A DNA stretch of 39,420 nucleotides, taken from Pseudomonadota bacterium (lineage in GTDB: Bacteria > Desulfobacterota > Desulfobacteria > Desulfobacterales > RPRI01). How positions within the stretch are numbered: the stretch's first letter is position 1; each line of letters starts with the position of its first letter. Of the stretch, positions 1 to 8,146 are shown in pieces. Position numbers and translations under genes: made by a program. The notes beneath the pieces are model-generated. The model saw only the letters and a list, made by a program, of their open reading frames with translations, ran no database searches and was not told the DNA's origin. The DNA lies in assembly GCA_043825875.1 (NCBI GenBank), contig JBDRRF010000089.1, forward strand, positions 1-39,420. Reading direction: 5' to 3'.

Positions 1-136
1 CATTAAACTGGGATATGAATGGTAACGGTTATTGTATTATTTCCCGAGGATCTTATTAATTGTTATTAAAGCGTTGTCAGGCAAGACATGAAATAACAAT
101 AGTTTTTATGATTCATAAAAACCAAAGGAGGAAAAA

Positions 137-1450
137 GTGAAGATAATAAAAATTAGGCTTTTTAATATTTTAGGGTTGTCGCTGCTTGTTCTACTCTTGG
201 GTGGTTCATTGCTGGCTATGGATTTACCCAAGGTGATCGATAATACCAACTGCGGCCAGTACAAAGACCTGCTTATACCGGTTATGTACCGGGCTGTTGA
301 AAGGGGTGAGTGGGTTGTTACACCTGGGAAAATAAACTTTGACTACAAACTTCCCAAAAGCTTTCTTGAGGCAAGCCCAAAGAATGAAGGGCAATTCGGC
401 ATAAATCCGAATGGCAATTTAATAGAAATAAATTCTAACAAAAGCGTATCGCATAATTTCTACGGTCTTCCTTTTCCCGAAATTGATTCTAAAGATCCTA
501 TGGCAGGTGATAAGATTATGTGGAACTTCGTTTTTGCGCAAGACCGTATGATGGGTAGAAAAGAGCGATTTCATTATAGATGGGTAAATAATAATGGTGA
601 AGAACGATATTTGCTTTCTATTTGGTACAACTTATATATGTACAGCCGGCCACCAGGTCAGGAAATAAAAAATCCTGATAATGTTCTTTTTTATGAAATT
701 ACGAATCTTACAGAACCTATGAGTATGAAAGGAACAAATACCTTGACCGCTATTTATATGGACGATAGACCGGACCTTAGTTATGCATATGTGCCTGCTA
801 TTCGTAGAATTCGGCAGACAGGTTCCACGACACGCTCGGATCCATATATGGGATCTGATGGATGGATGGATCTGCAGAATGGGTGGGCCGGGAAAAACTC
901 TTCGATGGAATGGAAGTATGTGGGAGAGAAAACAATTCTTGTAGGTTTTACTAGTCCGGATATGATTCCGGTAGCAGATATGCCGGATGGAAGCATTACG
1001 ATTAAATATCCATTTAGCGACCACTTTAAACTCAACTATGAAACCCAGGGGTGGCAGGGTGTCGCATGGGCACCGGCACCAGGCACTGTTACTTATGTTC
1101 CCAGAAAGGTCTGGGTTGTAGAACAGATGCCTAAAGATCCTTATTATAGCTGGGGATTGCATCTAAATTATATTGATCAGGAAACTTATACCATCTTTTA
1201 CAAGGAGGTATATGATAGATCCGGTAAATTCCGGACATGGACCTGTACTTTTCGTCACTACAATGAATCGCCAAGCGGGAAAAACAATATTGGTGCTCAA
1301 TATGATGTTATGTTCAACATAGACGAAGTACTTCATCATGCATCAGTTGCCGGCACGAAACCGTATCCTGACGCCAGATTATTTTTGCCTGCTTCAAAAA
1401 TGGACCCCGGCTTTTTTAGCACAAATAATTTTATACAGTTATCCAAATAG
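137..1450 (+). CDS. DUF1329-family secreted protein (outer-membrane lipoprotein-sorting/LolA-like fold)
   Basis: GTG start after AAGGAGG; N-terminal signal peptide; motifs GLPFPEID..DP.AG.KIMWN, YVPAIRRIRQ, PKDPYY..G, YIDQET, YDRSGKF typical of DUF1329. Confidence 0.85.
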   Translation: MKIIKIRLFNILGLSLLVLLLGGSLLAMDLPKVIDNTNCGQYKDLLIPVMYRAVERGEWVVTPGKINFDYKLPKSFLEASPKNEGQFGINPNGNLIEINSNKSVSHNFYGLPFPEIDSKDPMAGDKIMWNFVFAQDRMMGRKERFHYRWVNNNGEERYLLSIWYNLYMYSRPPGQEIKNPDNVLFYEITNLTEPMSMKGTNTLTAIYMDDRPDLSYAYVPAIRRIRQTGSTTRSDPYMGSDGWMDLQNGWAGKNSSMEWKYVGEKTILVGFTSPDMIPVADMPDGSITIKYPFSDHFKLNYETQGWQGVAWAPAPGTVTYVPRKVWVVEQMPKDPYYSWGLHLNYIDQETYTIFYKEVYDRSGKFRTWTCTFRHYNESPSGKNNIGAQYDVMFNIDEVLHHASVAGTKPYPDARLFLPASKMDPGFFSTNNFIQLSK

Positions 1451-1538
1451 AATGGTTTCGTGAATAGTCAGTTTTATAAAGAAATATTATTGGATAATTA
1501 AATCAAGTCAACATATTAAACATAAGGAGACTTTGATC

Positions 1539-2822
1539 ATGGTTCATAGTGCAGGACATGGGAAAAACAACGACGTGCCGACCATACCCAAGTCGCAGCC
1601 TGCGGTCGTTTGGTGGGCATGGACCGGAGTTGCCTGGCTGGTGTTCTGGGCCTACGTGCTGATCCGCTGGGTGACCGGGCCGTACTTCACGCCCGTGCCG
1701 ACCGGAGCGGTCGACCCACCGGGCTGGATGAACATGATTATGACTGTCTGGCAGGTCGCTAATTACCCGCTCCTCGCCATCGGCATCTACTTCTTCGTCA
1801 TCAAGCCGTGGCGACGCAATCGCACCATTCCGTTAGATGGTATGCTTATAATCGCATTCATGTTAATGTCGTTAGGGGACTCATGCTCGAACTTCTTCGG
1901 CTACTGGTACACGGTAAATTCGCACTTTTTCAACATGGGGTCGTTCATCAACGATATCCCCGGCTGGATGGGCTTCGGCCGGCCCGGGGCGCAGGTGCCG
2001 TGGGCGATATTTTTTCACCCGTTCGAGTATACGATCGGCTTTTTTGCCTTCTGTTTCATCGGCAGCGGCCTCATGAACTTTTTCAGGACACGATTCAACC
2101 TGAAGCCGCTCATGCTGATCATAGTCGTGTTTCCGGTCTGCATGGTGTTTGACCTCGTGATCGAGGGGCTTTTCCAAACCCTGGGCTTCTATACGATGGC
2201 CGGAGGGAAAATCTCCTTCTTCCCCGATACCTACGAAAAATTCCCGTTAATCGAGACATTCTTCATCGCGCTGATGGCCGTCTCGGTCATATCACTGCGC
2301 TACTTCAAGAACGACAAGGGGGAGACGCTCGTCGAACGCGGGCTCAACTCGATGGTCATCAGCGACGTGAAAAAACAGCTTGTACGTTGCCTGGCCCTCA
2401 TCGGTGTCACCCAGTGCATCTTCCTCTTCACCTACAACATCCCGATCGCCGCTTATATGGGTTCAAATCCGGGCCCGTGGCCGACCGACGTTATATCGCG
2501 TCCGTACTGGAACGACGGCCTGTGCGGTGCCGGTACTGACCGCCTTTGCCCTGGCCCCGGAGTGCCGCTTACCCAGCAGGCGTGGGTGACCACCTTGCCG
2601 GCCGGACAACAAGTGCCGGAGGAAGACTGGATTTCCAGATCTTTCGAACCTGCTACCGGGAAAGCCCTCCGTAGGGATGACGGCATGCGCAATCCTGAGT
2701 TCAGCGACGGTAAATGCCGCCCGTTTAATAGCCGCTTCATGGGCCGCGAAAGTAAAGACAGGTGTGACACCTTATTGTGCATTGAAGGAATAAAACCGAA
2801 TTTACCCGACTGGAACTGGTAG
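1539..2822 (+). CDS. AveC/DUF5135 spirocyclase-family membrane protein with Cys-rich C-terminal extension
   Basis: Multi-TM; motifs P.V.WWAW.G, YNSH.FNMGS...DIPGW, FDLVIEG, KFPLIE, LRYFKNDKGETLVERG, GLCGAGTDRLCPGPGVP. ATG at 1539 chosen by alignment with the paralog start at 38095 and RBS AAGGAG. Confidence 0.8.
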   Translation: MVHSAGHGKNNDVPTIPKSQPAVVWWAWTGVAWLVFWAYVLIRWVTGPYFTPVPTGAVDPPGWMNMIMTVWQVANYPLLAIGIYFFVIKPWRRNRTIPLDGMLIIAFMLMSLGDSCSNFFGYWYTVNSHFFNMGSFINDIPGWMGFGRPGAQVPWAIFFHPFEYTIGFFAFCFIGSGLMNFFRTRFNLKPLMLIIVVFPVCMVFDLVIEGLFQTLGFYTMAGGKISFFPDTYEKFPLIETFFIALMAVSVISLRYFKNDKGETLVERGLNSMVISDVKKQLVRCLALIGVTQCIFLFTYNIPIAAYMGSNPGPWPTDVISRPYWNDGLCGAGTDRLCPGPGVPLTQQAWVTTLPAGQQVPEEDWISRSFEPATGKALRRDDGMRNPEFSDGKCRPFNSRFMGRESKDRCDTLLCIEGIKPNLPDWNW

Positions 2823-2893
2823 TGATTTAATAGCCGCTTCATGGCCTTCATAAGCAAATATCCGGGCGTCCCGATGATCGCTTGCGCCATGTG

Positions 2894-2919
2894 GCGCGGG
2901 GCTTCCCCCGTGTTTTTTT
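2894..2919 (+). terminator. Rho-independent terminator
   Basis: GCGCGGGG-CTTC-CCCCGTGT hairpin followed by a T tract. Confidence 0.65.
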
Positions 2920-2942
2920 AAATAAGACATTGCTTAATGATT

Positions 2943-2958
2943 TGGCACTTTTTTGGCT
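2943..2958 (+). promoter_or_regulatory. sigma54 (-24/-12) promoter
   Basis: TGGCACTTTTTTGGCT: GG 2944-2945, N10, GC 2956-2957. Confidence 0.75.
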
Positions 2959-2988
2959 CAGGTAATGAAACTAAGGAGGCAAAATATA

Positions 2989-3282
2989 ATGAAACTTCTG
3001 GAGATCATAGCCGTTCAGGCATCCGGCCATTTTAAAGAGCAGGCCCGCCAATATTTGATTCAATTTTGCCGCACCTTCAAAGAGCCGACTCTCTCGGAAC
3101 TGAAACCTTATATTAATTCTGCCTTCAGCGGAGATATTGCTGTAATGCTTTTATGGCAAAAACTGGAGTTCACAGGCACTAAAACTGATGTGGGGCAGAA
3201 CCTATCTAGTGCTTTGAAGAGTTACGGTCTGGTTGACCATACTTGCTGGATCATGATAGAAGATCAATGTATAGCGAAATAA
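2989..3282 (+). CDS. small conserved hypothetical protein (97 aa), paralog of 25061..25342
   Basis: ATG 2989 after AAGGAGG; MKLLEIIAV..SGHF.EQARQYL..FC and GLVDHTCW shared with the second copy. The TTG at 2953 lies inside the sigma54 promoter. Confidence 0.75.
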   Translation: MKLLEIIAVQASGHFKEQARQYLIQFCRTFKEPTLSELKPYINSAFSGDIAVMLLWQKLEFTGTKTDVGQNLSSALKSYGLVDHTCWIMIEDQCIAK

Positions 3283-3336
3283 ATATGTAACATAGAAAGA
3301 TGGATTTACGAATGTGCAAAAAAAGGGGGTGAATTC

Positions 3337-4101
3337 ATGATTGGAAATTGGTTGGAAATTGGTCACAATGCCGGTGGCGCTGTCGGACATCCAGTTTATC
3401 CATGGGTTTTTGAAATTGGCTCGTATGCGGCCTGGATAATCATTGCTGCAATTTTTGTCAGAAGCTATCGAAGAACGGGTGAGCTAAGTCTTTATGCATT
3501 GATATTTATTGGTGCGACGACCATGTTTTGGCTTGAGTTTCCGGCAGACTGGGGTGCATTCTTAATATACTCACCAAAGTTTACCCTTTTTCCTATTGAG
3601 TTGCCATTCACCACCCCAAACAAGCCCACATGGATGCCGGCAGCGTATGGATGGTACTTTCTTGCGATTTATTCTTTGATATTGTTTTGGGTCGATAAGT
3701 TGCGCGCAGCCAAGCCACACATGTCCAGAGTTCTTGCGGTTGCGATGATCGCTACTCCGTTCTTTTATGCGTGGAACATGATGGTGGAAGGCTTTTCTGC
3801 ACTTGTTGGTTGGTGGACTTATCACGAGGTCTTTGGGCCCGCCATTACCTTTACGCGTGGAACTTATCCGCTGGTGTTTCCTGTGATCCCATTCACAATC
3901 TATGGTGTCATCCAGACCCTGATGCTGATATGGAAAACATCTGACGGTAAGCACTATATAGAGCAGATCGCGGGTGCCCACACCGCCCCAATCGGGCATG
4001 GCAAGGAGTTGCGCCGCGCACTGGCCTGGATCATTGCTATGAATTTAATTTTCGGCATGTTTGCTCTGTCCACGTTTCTTTTTAGATTAATGATCAGTTA
4101 G
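3337..4101 (+). CDS. AveC/DUF5135-like membrane protein (short form)
   Basis: Multi-TM; FWLEFPADWG.FLIYSP, TTPNKP, WNMMVEG...GWWTY, GPA, YPL motifs. Confidence 0.7.
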   Translation: MIGNWLEIGHNAGGAVGHPVYPWVFEIGSYAAWIIIAAIFVRSYRRTGELSLYALIFIGATTMFWLEFPADWGAFLIYSPKFTLFPIELPFTTPNKPTWMPAAYGWYFLAIYSLILFWVDKLRAAKPHMSRVLAVAMIATPFFYAWNMMVEGFSALVGWWTYHEVFGPAITFTRGTYPLVFPVIPFTIYGVIQTLMLIWKTSDGKHYIEQIAGAHTAPIGHGKELRRALAWIIAMNLIFGMFALSTFLFRLMIS

Positions 4102-4198
4102 CAATCTGTCGCCGTGCCCATCATCGGCATGCGTTAGGCACCGGAAACGAATTCCGCAAGGCCGACCAATTATCTGCTTATAAAATATAGAGAAAATT

Positions 4199-4972
4199 AT
4201 GGAACACCATGAACAGATACCTATACTAATAGGGAAAGGTGCCCGGATTGTAGATCGGGGAACCTTCATCGTATTCATTGCTTTGGTTATATGGTTATTG
4301 ATTGATACCAGTAAACGTCGAGAATTGAGTATATCCGCTCTTTGCACCATCGCTGGGTTAAGTATTTTTTGGCAAGAGTTTTATGCGGACTGGGGGGTTT
4401 ATCTATTGTGGAGCAACTCTTTTAAACTTATGCCGTGGGGTTCTACGCTTTGGACTACACCGAATAAGCCTTGGTTTGTAATTGTTGCATATCCATTGTT
4501 CATGTGTTTTAGTATTGGAACAATGTTGGCGCTCTGCCGTAAAGTATTAGCTAAACGCCCAAATAATAACCGATTTCTCATTTGCCTGCTCACTGCCGGC
4601 ATCTGCTTGATAGCAATTAACACATTAATTGAATATTTCGCAGTGTCAGGCTTTGGCGTTTGGGGCTATGTCAGTGCAATCGGCCCCGCCCTTGAAACCG
4701 GGCATGCTTTACAACCTTTACTTTATCCTAATATTCCTTTTGGTATTTGGGGGGCGGTTATTTGTTTCCTGATTTTAAGTCAAAGCGCGAATGGGCGGCC
4801 AAAATTCGAATCCATTACAAAACCGGACAACTTTTCAGCGGGCTGGCAGAGGGAGACTGCACGTGCGATTGCCTGGATATTTGTTTGGAATGTCAGTTAC
4901 TGGTTAATACTGTGTACGCCACTAATTATTACTCGTGAATTACTTGGTCGGCATAATGCATTAGTGCCTTAA
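4199..4972 (+). CDS. AveC/DUF5135-like membrane protein (short form)
   Basis: Paralog of 3337..4101: FWQEFYADWG.YL, WTTPNKP, IEY...GVWGY...GPA, QPL. Confidence 0.7.
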   Translation: MEHHEQIPILIGKGARIVDRGTFIVFIALVIWLLIDTSKRRELSISALCTIAGLSIFWQEFYADWGVYLLWSNSFKLMPWGSTLWTTPNKPWFVIVAYPLFMCFSIGTMLALCRKVLAKRPNNNRFLICLLTAGICLIAINTLIEYFAVSGFGVWGYVSAIGPALETGHALQPLLYPNIPFGIWGAVICFLILSQSANGRPKFESITKPDNFSAGWQRETARAIAWIFVWNVSYWLILCTPLIITRELLGRHNALVP

Positions 4973-5006
4973 ATGGGAAATTAAACCTTAAATCAAGGGC
5001 TTAATG

Positions 5007-5101
5007 AATGATCTTATCCCTACATATCTTTGAACCGCAGGGAAACATAAAGGCTTTCCGGAAAAGTTGGACCAGGCTGATTAAGAAAATCTACGAGGTG
5101 A
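5007..5101 (+). pseudogene. remnant of the C-terminal part of an IS91-like (rolling-circle) transposase
   Basis: Translates (with a frameshift) to DLIPT..EPQGNIKAFRKSWTRLIKKIYEV, matching the recalled W.RLI.KIYEVDPL motif of IS91-like transposases; cut off before DPLxCxxC. Confidence 0.55.
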
Positions 5102-5104
5102 CTT

Positions 5105-6058
5105 ATTAGCATCAAAACTTTTCAAAAGCAGGACCAAACTAATTTTTGCTCTCCGATAATCGGGTGGGCAATATTGGGCATAATCGCCACTATCTTTTCG
5201 CTTTCCATATTTGGTCAGTGGATATTTTCCGCTGCAGAATTTATGGCCGTTCCTATAACCTCATTAGACGCAATGCCGAAAGCTGACATTTTTAAGATTC
5301 GTATATTTGAAGTCATAAGCAGCAGTATAGCCTTGATTGCCTTGTATATATTTCTTATCCGTCCCTGGCTTAAGACAGGCCGCGCTCCAATCCTCGGACT
5401 AACGCTTATTGGCGCACTAATCAGTTATGTGATTGATACAACCGTGAATTATCATGGTTACTTTATGGCCTGGAATGTTCATTCGATCAACTGGGGCACA
5501 TGGGCAGCCTTCTTCCCCGGTCACACCGGACCTACCCGCTTCGCGGAAGCATTATTCTGGGGACCTCCGATGTATCTCTACTTCGGCGTACTTCTCGGCC
5601 TCATTCAGTACATGGTAATTCATACAGCGCAAAAGCGCTTTGGCTTCTCGCTTGTAGCTGCCGTTCTCACGTCTATGGTAGTTGCATTTTTCCTTGATTT
5701 GCTGGCCGAGTGGGGCATTATCTTTTTCACCCAAGCTTATGCCTGGGCAAGGACAATAAGCTGGCTCACGCTATTGCCCGGTTCTCAATTCCAGTTTCCG
5801 CTGTATGAATCATTTGCGGTAGCTATATATGGAACGATATATTCCTCGCTAATCAAATCGTCCAAAGAAAACAGAATCTCTTACATCGAGCAAGGGGTGG
5901 ATCGGCTCCCGGGTGCACTGCAATTACCTGCGCGATTCTTTGCGGCAACCGGTCTGGCTAATGTAATAACAGCCATCTATTTTGGCACCTTCTTTTTATT
6001 TTCGTGCTATGCCAATTCTCAAGCTGCGCTGCCGCATTATTTGATGTTTTCAAAATGA
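5105..6058 (+). CDS. AveC/DUF5135-like membrane protein; start uncertain (ATT 5105 or TTG 5174)
   Basis: Multi-TM; DTTVNY....AWN...INWGTW..FFPG, FFLDLLAE, QFPLYE, SYIEQG. Frame is open from 5102 and PIIGWAILG aligns with PAVVWWAWTG of the paralogs. Confidence 0.7.
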   Translation: MSIKTFQKQDQTNFCSPIIGWAILGIIATIFSLSIFGQWIFSAAEFMAVPITSLDAMPKADIFKIRIFEVISSSIALIALYIFLIRPWLKTGRAPILGLTLIGALISYVIDTTVNYHGYFMAWNVHSINWGTWAAFFPGHTGPTRFAEALFWGPPMYLYFGVLLGLIQYMVIHTAQKRFGFSLVAAVLTSMVVAFFLDLLAEWGIIFFTQAYAWARTISWLTLLPGSQFQFPLYESFAVAIYGTIYSSLIKSSKENRISYIEQGVDRLPGALQLPARFFAATGLANVITAIYFGTFFLFSCYANSQAALPHYLMFSK

Positions 6059-6135
6059 GAATTATAACCGAAAAAATAACTGTTTTTACCGCTGCCTGGA
6101 AGACTGCTTTGAGACCTTATTTTGTAGCAATCATT

Positions 6136-6328
6136 TTATTGACATACAAGCGCGGTTTCATTTTTTATCCCATCGCCCGGATAAACAAACATCCCTCCGT
6201 GTCTTTGGCTGTCGATTTTTTGGGCAATTTCTTTCATCGCTTTAATATCTTTTTCAACGACCGTGGTACGGCGTTTAATTTGTATTTCCCAAAACTTTTC
6301 TTCTGTGCAGTTCAATAAACCTTGGACT
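6136..6328 (-). pseudogene. probable C-terminal remnant of an AAA+/DUF4143 ATP-binding protein
   Basis: Minus-strand frame FWEIQIKRRTTVVEKDIKAMKEIAQKIDSQRHGGMFVYPGD resembles the EIK...G.VVY.G tail of DUF4143 proteins; no clear RBS or start. Confidence 0.35.
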
Positions 6329-6330
6329 TT

Positions 6331-7893
6331 TCAAACAGCACCTTTCCGGCCAAAGGGAATGCCGAGTTTGTGCATTTTCGACCGGAGCGTCGAGGGATTT
6401 ATGTTCAGAAGCTTTGCTGCGCCATTTTTCCCGCCTACGCGGCCACCGGCCATATTCAGGGCCTTTAAAATTGCTTGTGACGTTGTTTGCTCAAGAGTGA
6501 AAGGATTTCTTCCCACGTTGTTCTCGGGTATTATGATGTTTGTGCGGGGGATAGTGTTGCTTAGATTGTCAAAGGTCAGCGGTCGTTCCCTGCTGATGAT
6601 AAGGGCGCGTTCGACTGAGTTCTGCAGTTCCCGGACATTGCCTGGCCAGTTGTAATGCATGAGTTTGTCGATAGCACCTGGTGCGAGTGTGGGGATCTCC
6701 ATAAAACCCATCTCCCGTGCCTTCTTCGTCATGAAATACTGGACCAGCGCTGGGATGTCGGCTCGCCGGTCACGAAGCGGCGGAATCACAATGGGAAAAA
6801 CCCTGAGGCGAAAATAAAGATCCTCGCGGAACTTGCCCTCCGCCATCATGGCCTCCAGATTGCGGTGTGTAGCTGCGATGACGCGAATATCAATCTTGAT
6901 GGTCTCTGTTCCGCCAACCCGTTCAATTTCCTTTTCCTGGATTACCCGTAGTAGCCTAACTTGCGCTCCCGGCGTTAATTCGCCGATCTCATCAAGAAAG
7001 ATCGTTCCGCCTTGGGCCCGTTCAAAGCGGCCGCGTTTTTGGAAAAAAGCTCCTGTAAATGCTCCCTTTTCATGGCCGAAGAGTTCGCTGTCCATAAGAG
7101 ATTCAGGTATAGCCCCGCAATTCACCTTAATAAAAGGAGCATTTTTGCGCGAAGATAGATTATGAATGGCCGTGGCTATAACCTCTTTTCCGGTTCCGGT
7201 TTCTCCCAGCAACAGAACAGGGCTGGCCAGAGGAGCTACCTGGCCGACCATTTCCATAATCTGCTTTAAACCGAAATGGGCGCCAATGATCTCTTCCCCA
7301 GTTTGCTGCCGCAATTCTTCCTGTAAATACCGGTTGTCATCCGCAAGTATCTCTTTCAACCGCAAGACCTCCCGATAACGCAGATAATTGGAAAGGGCGA
7401 TGGAAAAGGGCTCATTCAAAAACGAAAACAATCGTATATGTTTTTCTGAATACTTTCCCCCCTCATTATTACCGACAAAGATACCGGCGATAAAATCCCA
7501 TTCCAGTTTTGGCCCGATCGCCATAAAAGTTGCATCGGGGTAGCCAATAATTTCCGATATATATCCCATAATAGGATGCTCGCCTATTCGGTCGGCCACC
7601 AATACTTTCGGTCTCATCTGAGGATTTATTTTCATTTCCTCGATTAGTTGTTTCGCATCTGCCGGGGTGACTCTTTTGATGGAAGTAAGTTTTCCTCCGC
7701 TTAAATCAGCCATTGCAATGATTTCCGAAATCCCATGCACCGGATCATAAACAGCTATGAGCATGATATCCGCGGGAATATAATCACGAATATACATAAA
7801 ACAATCCCACAGCGCATTCTCGATCTCCAGACTGCCGCAGATCCGCAGTGTGGCTTTCCGGAAAAAATAATTTTCATCTATTCTCATGAGCAT
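6331..7893 (-). CDS. sigma54-dependent transcriptional activator (GAF-like sensor, AAA+, Fis HTH)
   Basis: Walker A GETGTGKE, ESLMDSELFGHEKGAFTGA, FLDEIGE, RVIAATHRNL, WPGNVRELQN, C-terminal AAKLLNINPSTL. Confidence 0.95.
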   Translation of the reverse strand: MLMRIDENYFFRKATLRICGSLEIENALWDCFMYIRDYIPADIMLIAVYDPVHGISEIIAMADLSGGKLTSIKRVTPADAKQLIEEMKINPQMRPKVLVADRIGEHPIMGYISEIIGYPDATFMAIGPKLEWDFIAGIFVGNNEGGKYSEKHIRLFSFLNEPFSIALSNYLRYREVLRLKEILADDNRYLQEELRQQTGEEIIGAHFGLKQIMEMVGQVAPLASPVLLLGETGTGKEVIATAIHNLSSRKNAPFIKVNCGAIPESLMDSELFGHEKGAFTGAFFQKRGRFERAQGGTIFLDEIGELTPGAQVRLLRVIQEKEIERVGGTETIKIDIRVIAATHRNLEAMMAEGKFREDLYFRLRVFPIVIPPLRDRRADIPALVQYFMTKKAREMGFMEIPTLAPGAIDKLMHYNWPGNVRELQNSVERALIISRERPLTFDNLSNTIPRTNIIIPENNVGRNPFTLEQTTSQAILKALNMAGGRVGGKNGAAKLLNINPSTLRSKMHKLGIPFGRKGAV

Positions 7894-7922
7894 CTCCTAT
7901 TTAATATGATTTTATATATCAT

Positions 7923-7975
7923 ATTTCGCACTGTAACGCAATAAGTGCGAAATGTCATATATAATAGTGTGAAAT
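7923..7975. promoter_or_regulatory. putative enhancer (UAS) for the sigma54 activator
   Basis: Perfect inverted repeat ATTTCGCACT (7923-7932)-N11-AGTGCGAAAT (7944-7953), plus a near-copy AGTGTGAAAT 22 bp later (7966-7975), about 60-110 bp upstream of the -24 element. Confidence 0.6.
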
Positions 7976-8033
7976 ATCATATTATTGCTTGCTATGTTTA
8001 TATAACTATCTGTATATAAAAGCATAAATGCTT

Positions 8034-8049
8034 TGGCACGATTTGAGCT
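8034..8049 (+). promoter_or_regulatory. sigma54 (-24/-12) promoter of the oxidoreductase operon
   Basis: TGGCACGATTTGAGCT, GG-N10-GC spacing; divergent from the activator gene. Confidence 0.8.
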
Positions 8050-8146
8050 AAGACTATAAAAAGCTATATATAAATTAAAATGAAATACCTGAAGATGAAA
8101 GCCTTTGATTTGTTGATAACATAATCGTCATTAAGGAGGGTAAGAA

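Noticed and set aside
4099..4137. TAG readthrough (pyrrolysine) extending AveC-like ORFs (also 2820)
   Set aside because: QSVAVP after the stop loosely resembles the paralog end HNALVP, but there are no pyl genes in the window; point mutations explain both cases
6004..6318. 104-aa plus-strand ORF
   Set aside because: Overlaps the previous gene's end; the opposite strand gives a more protein-like remnant
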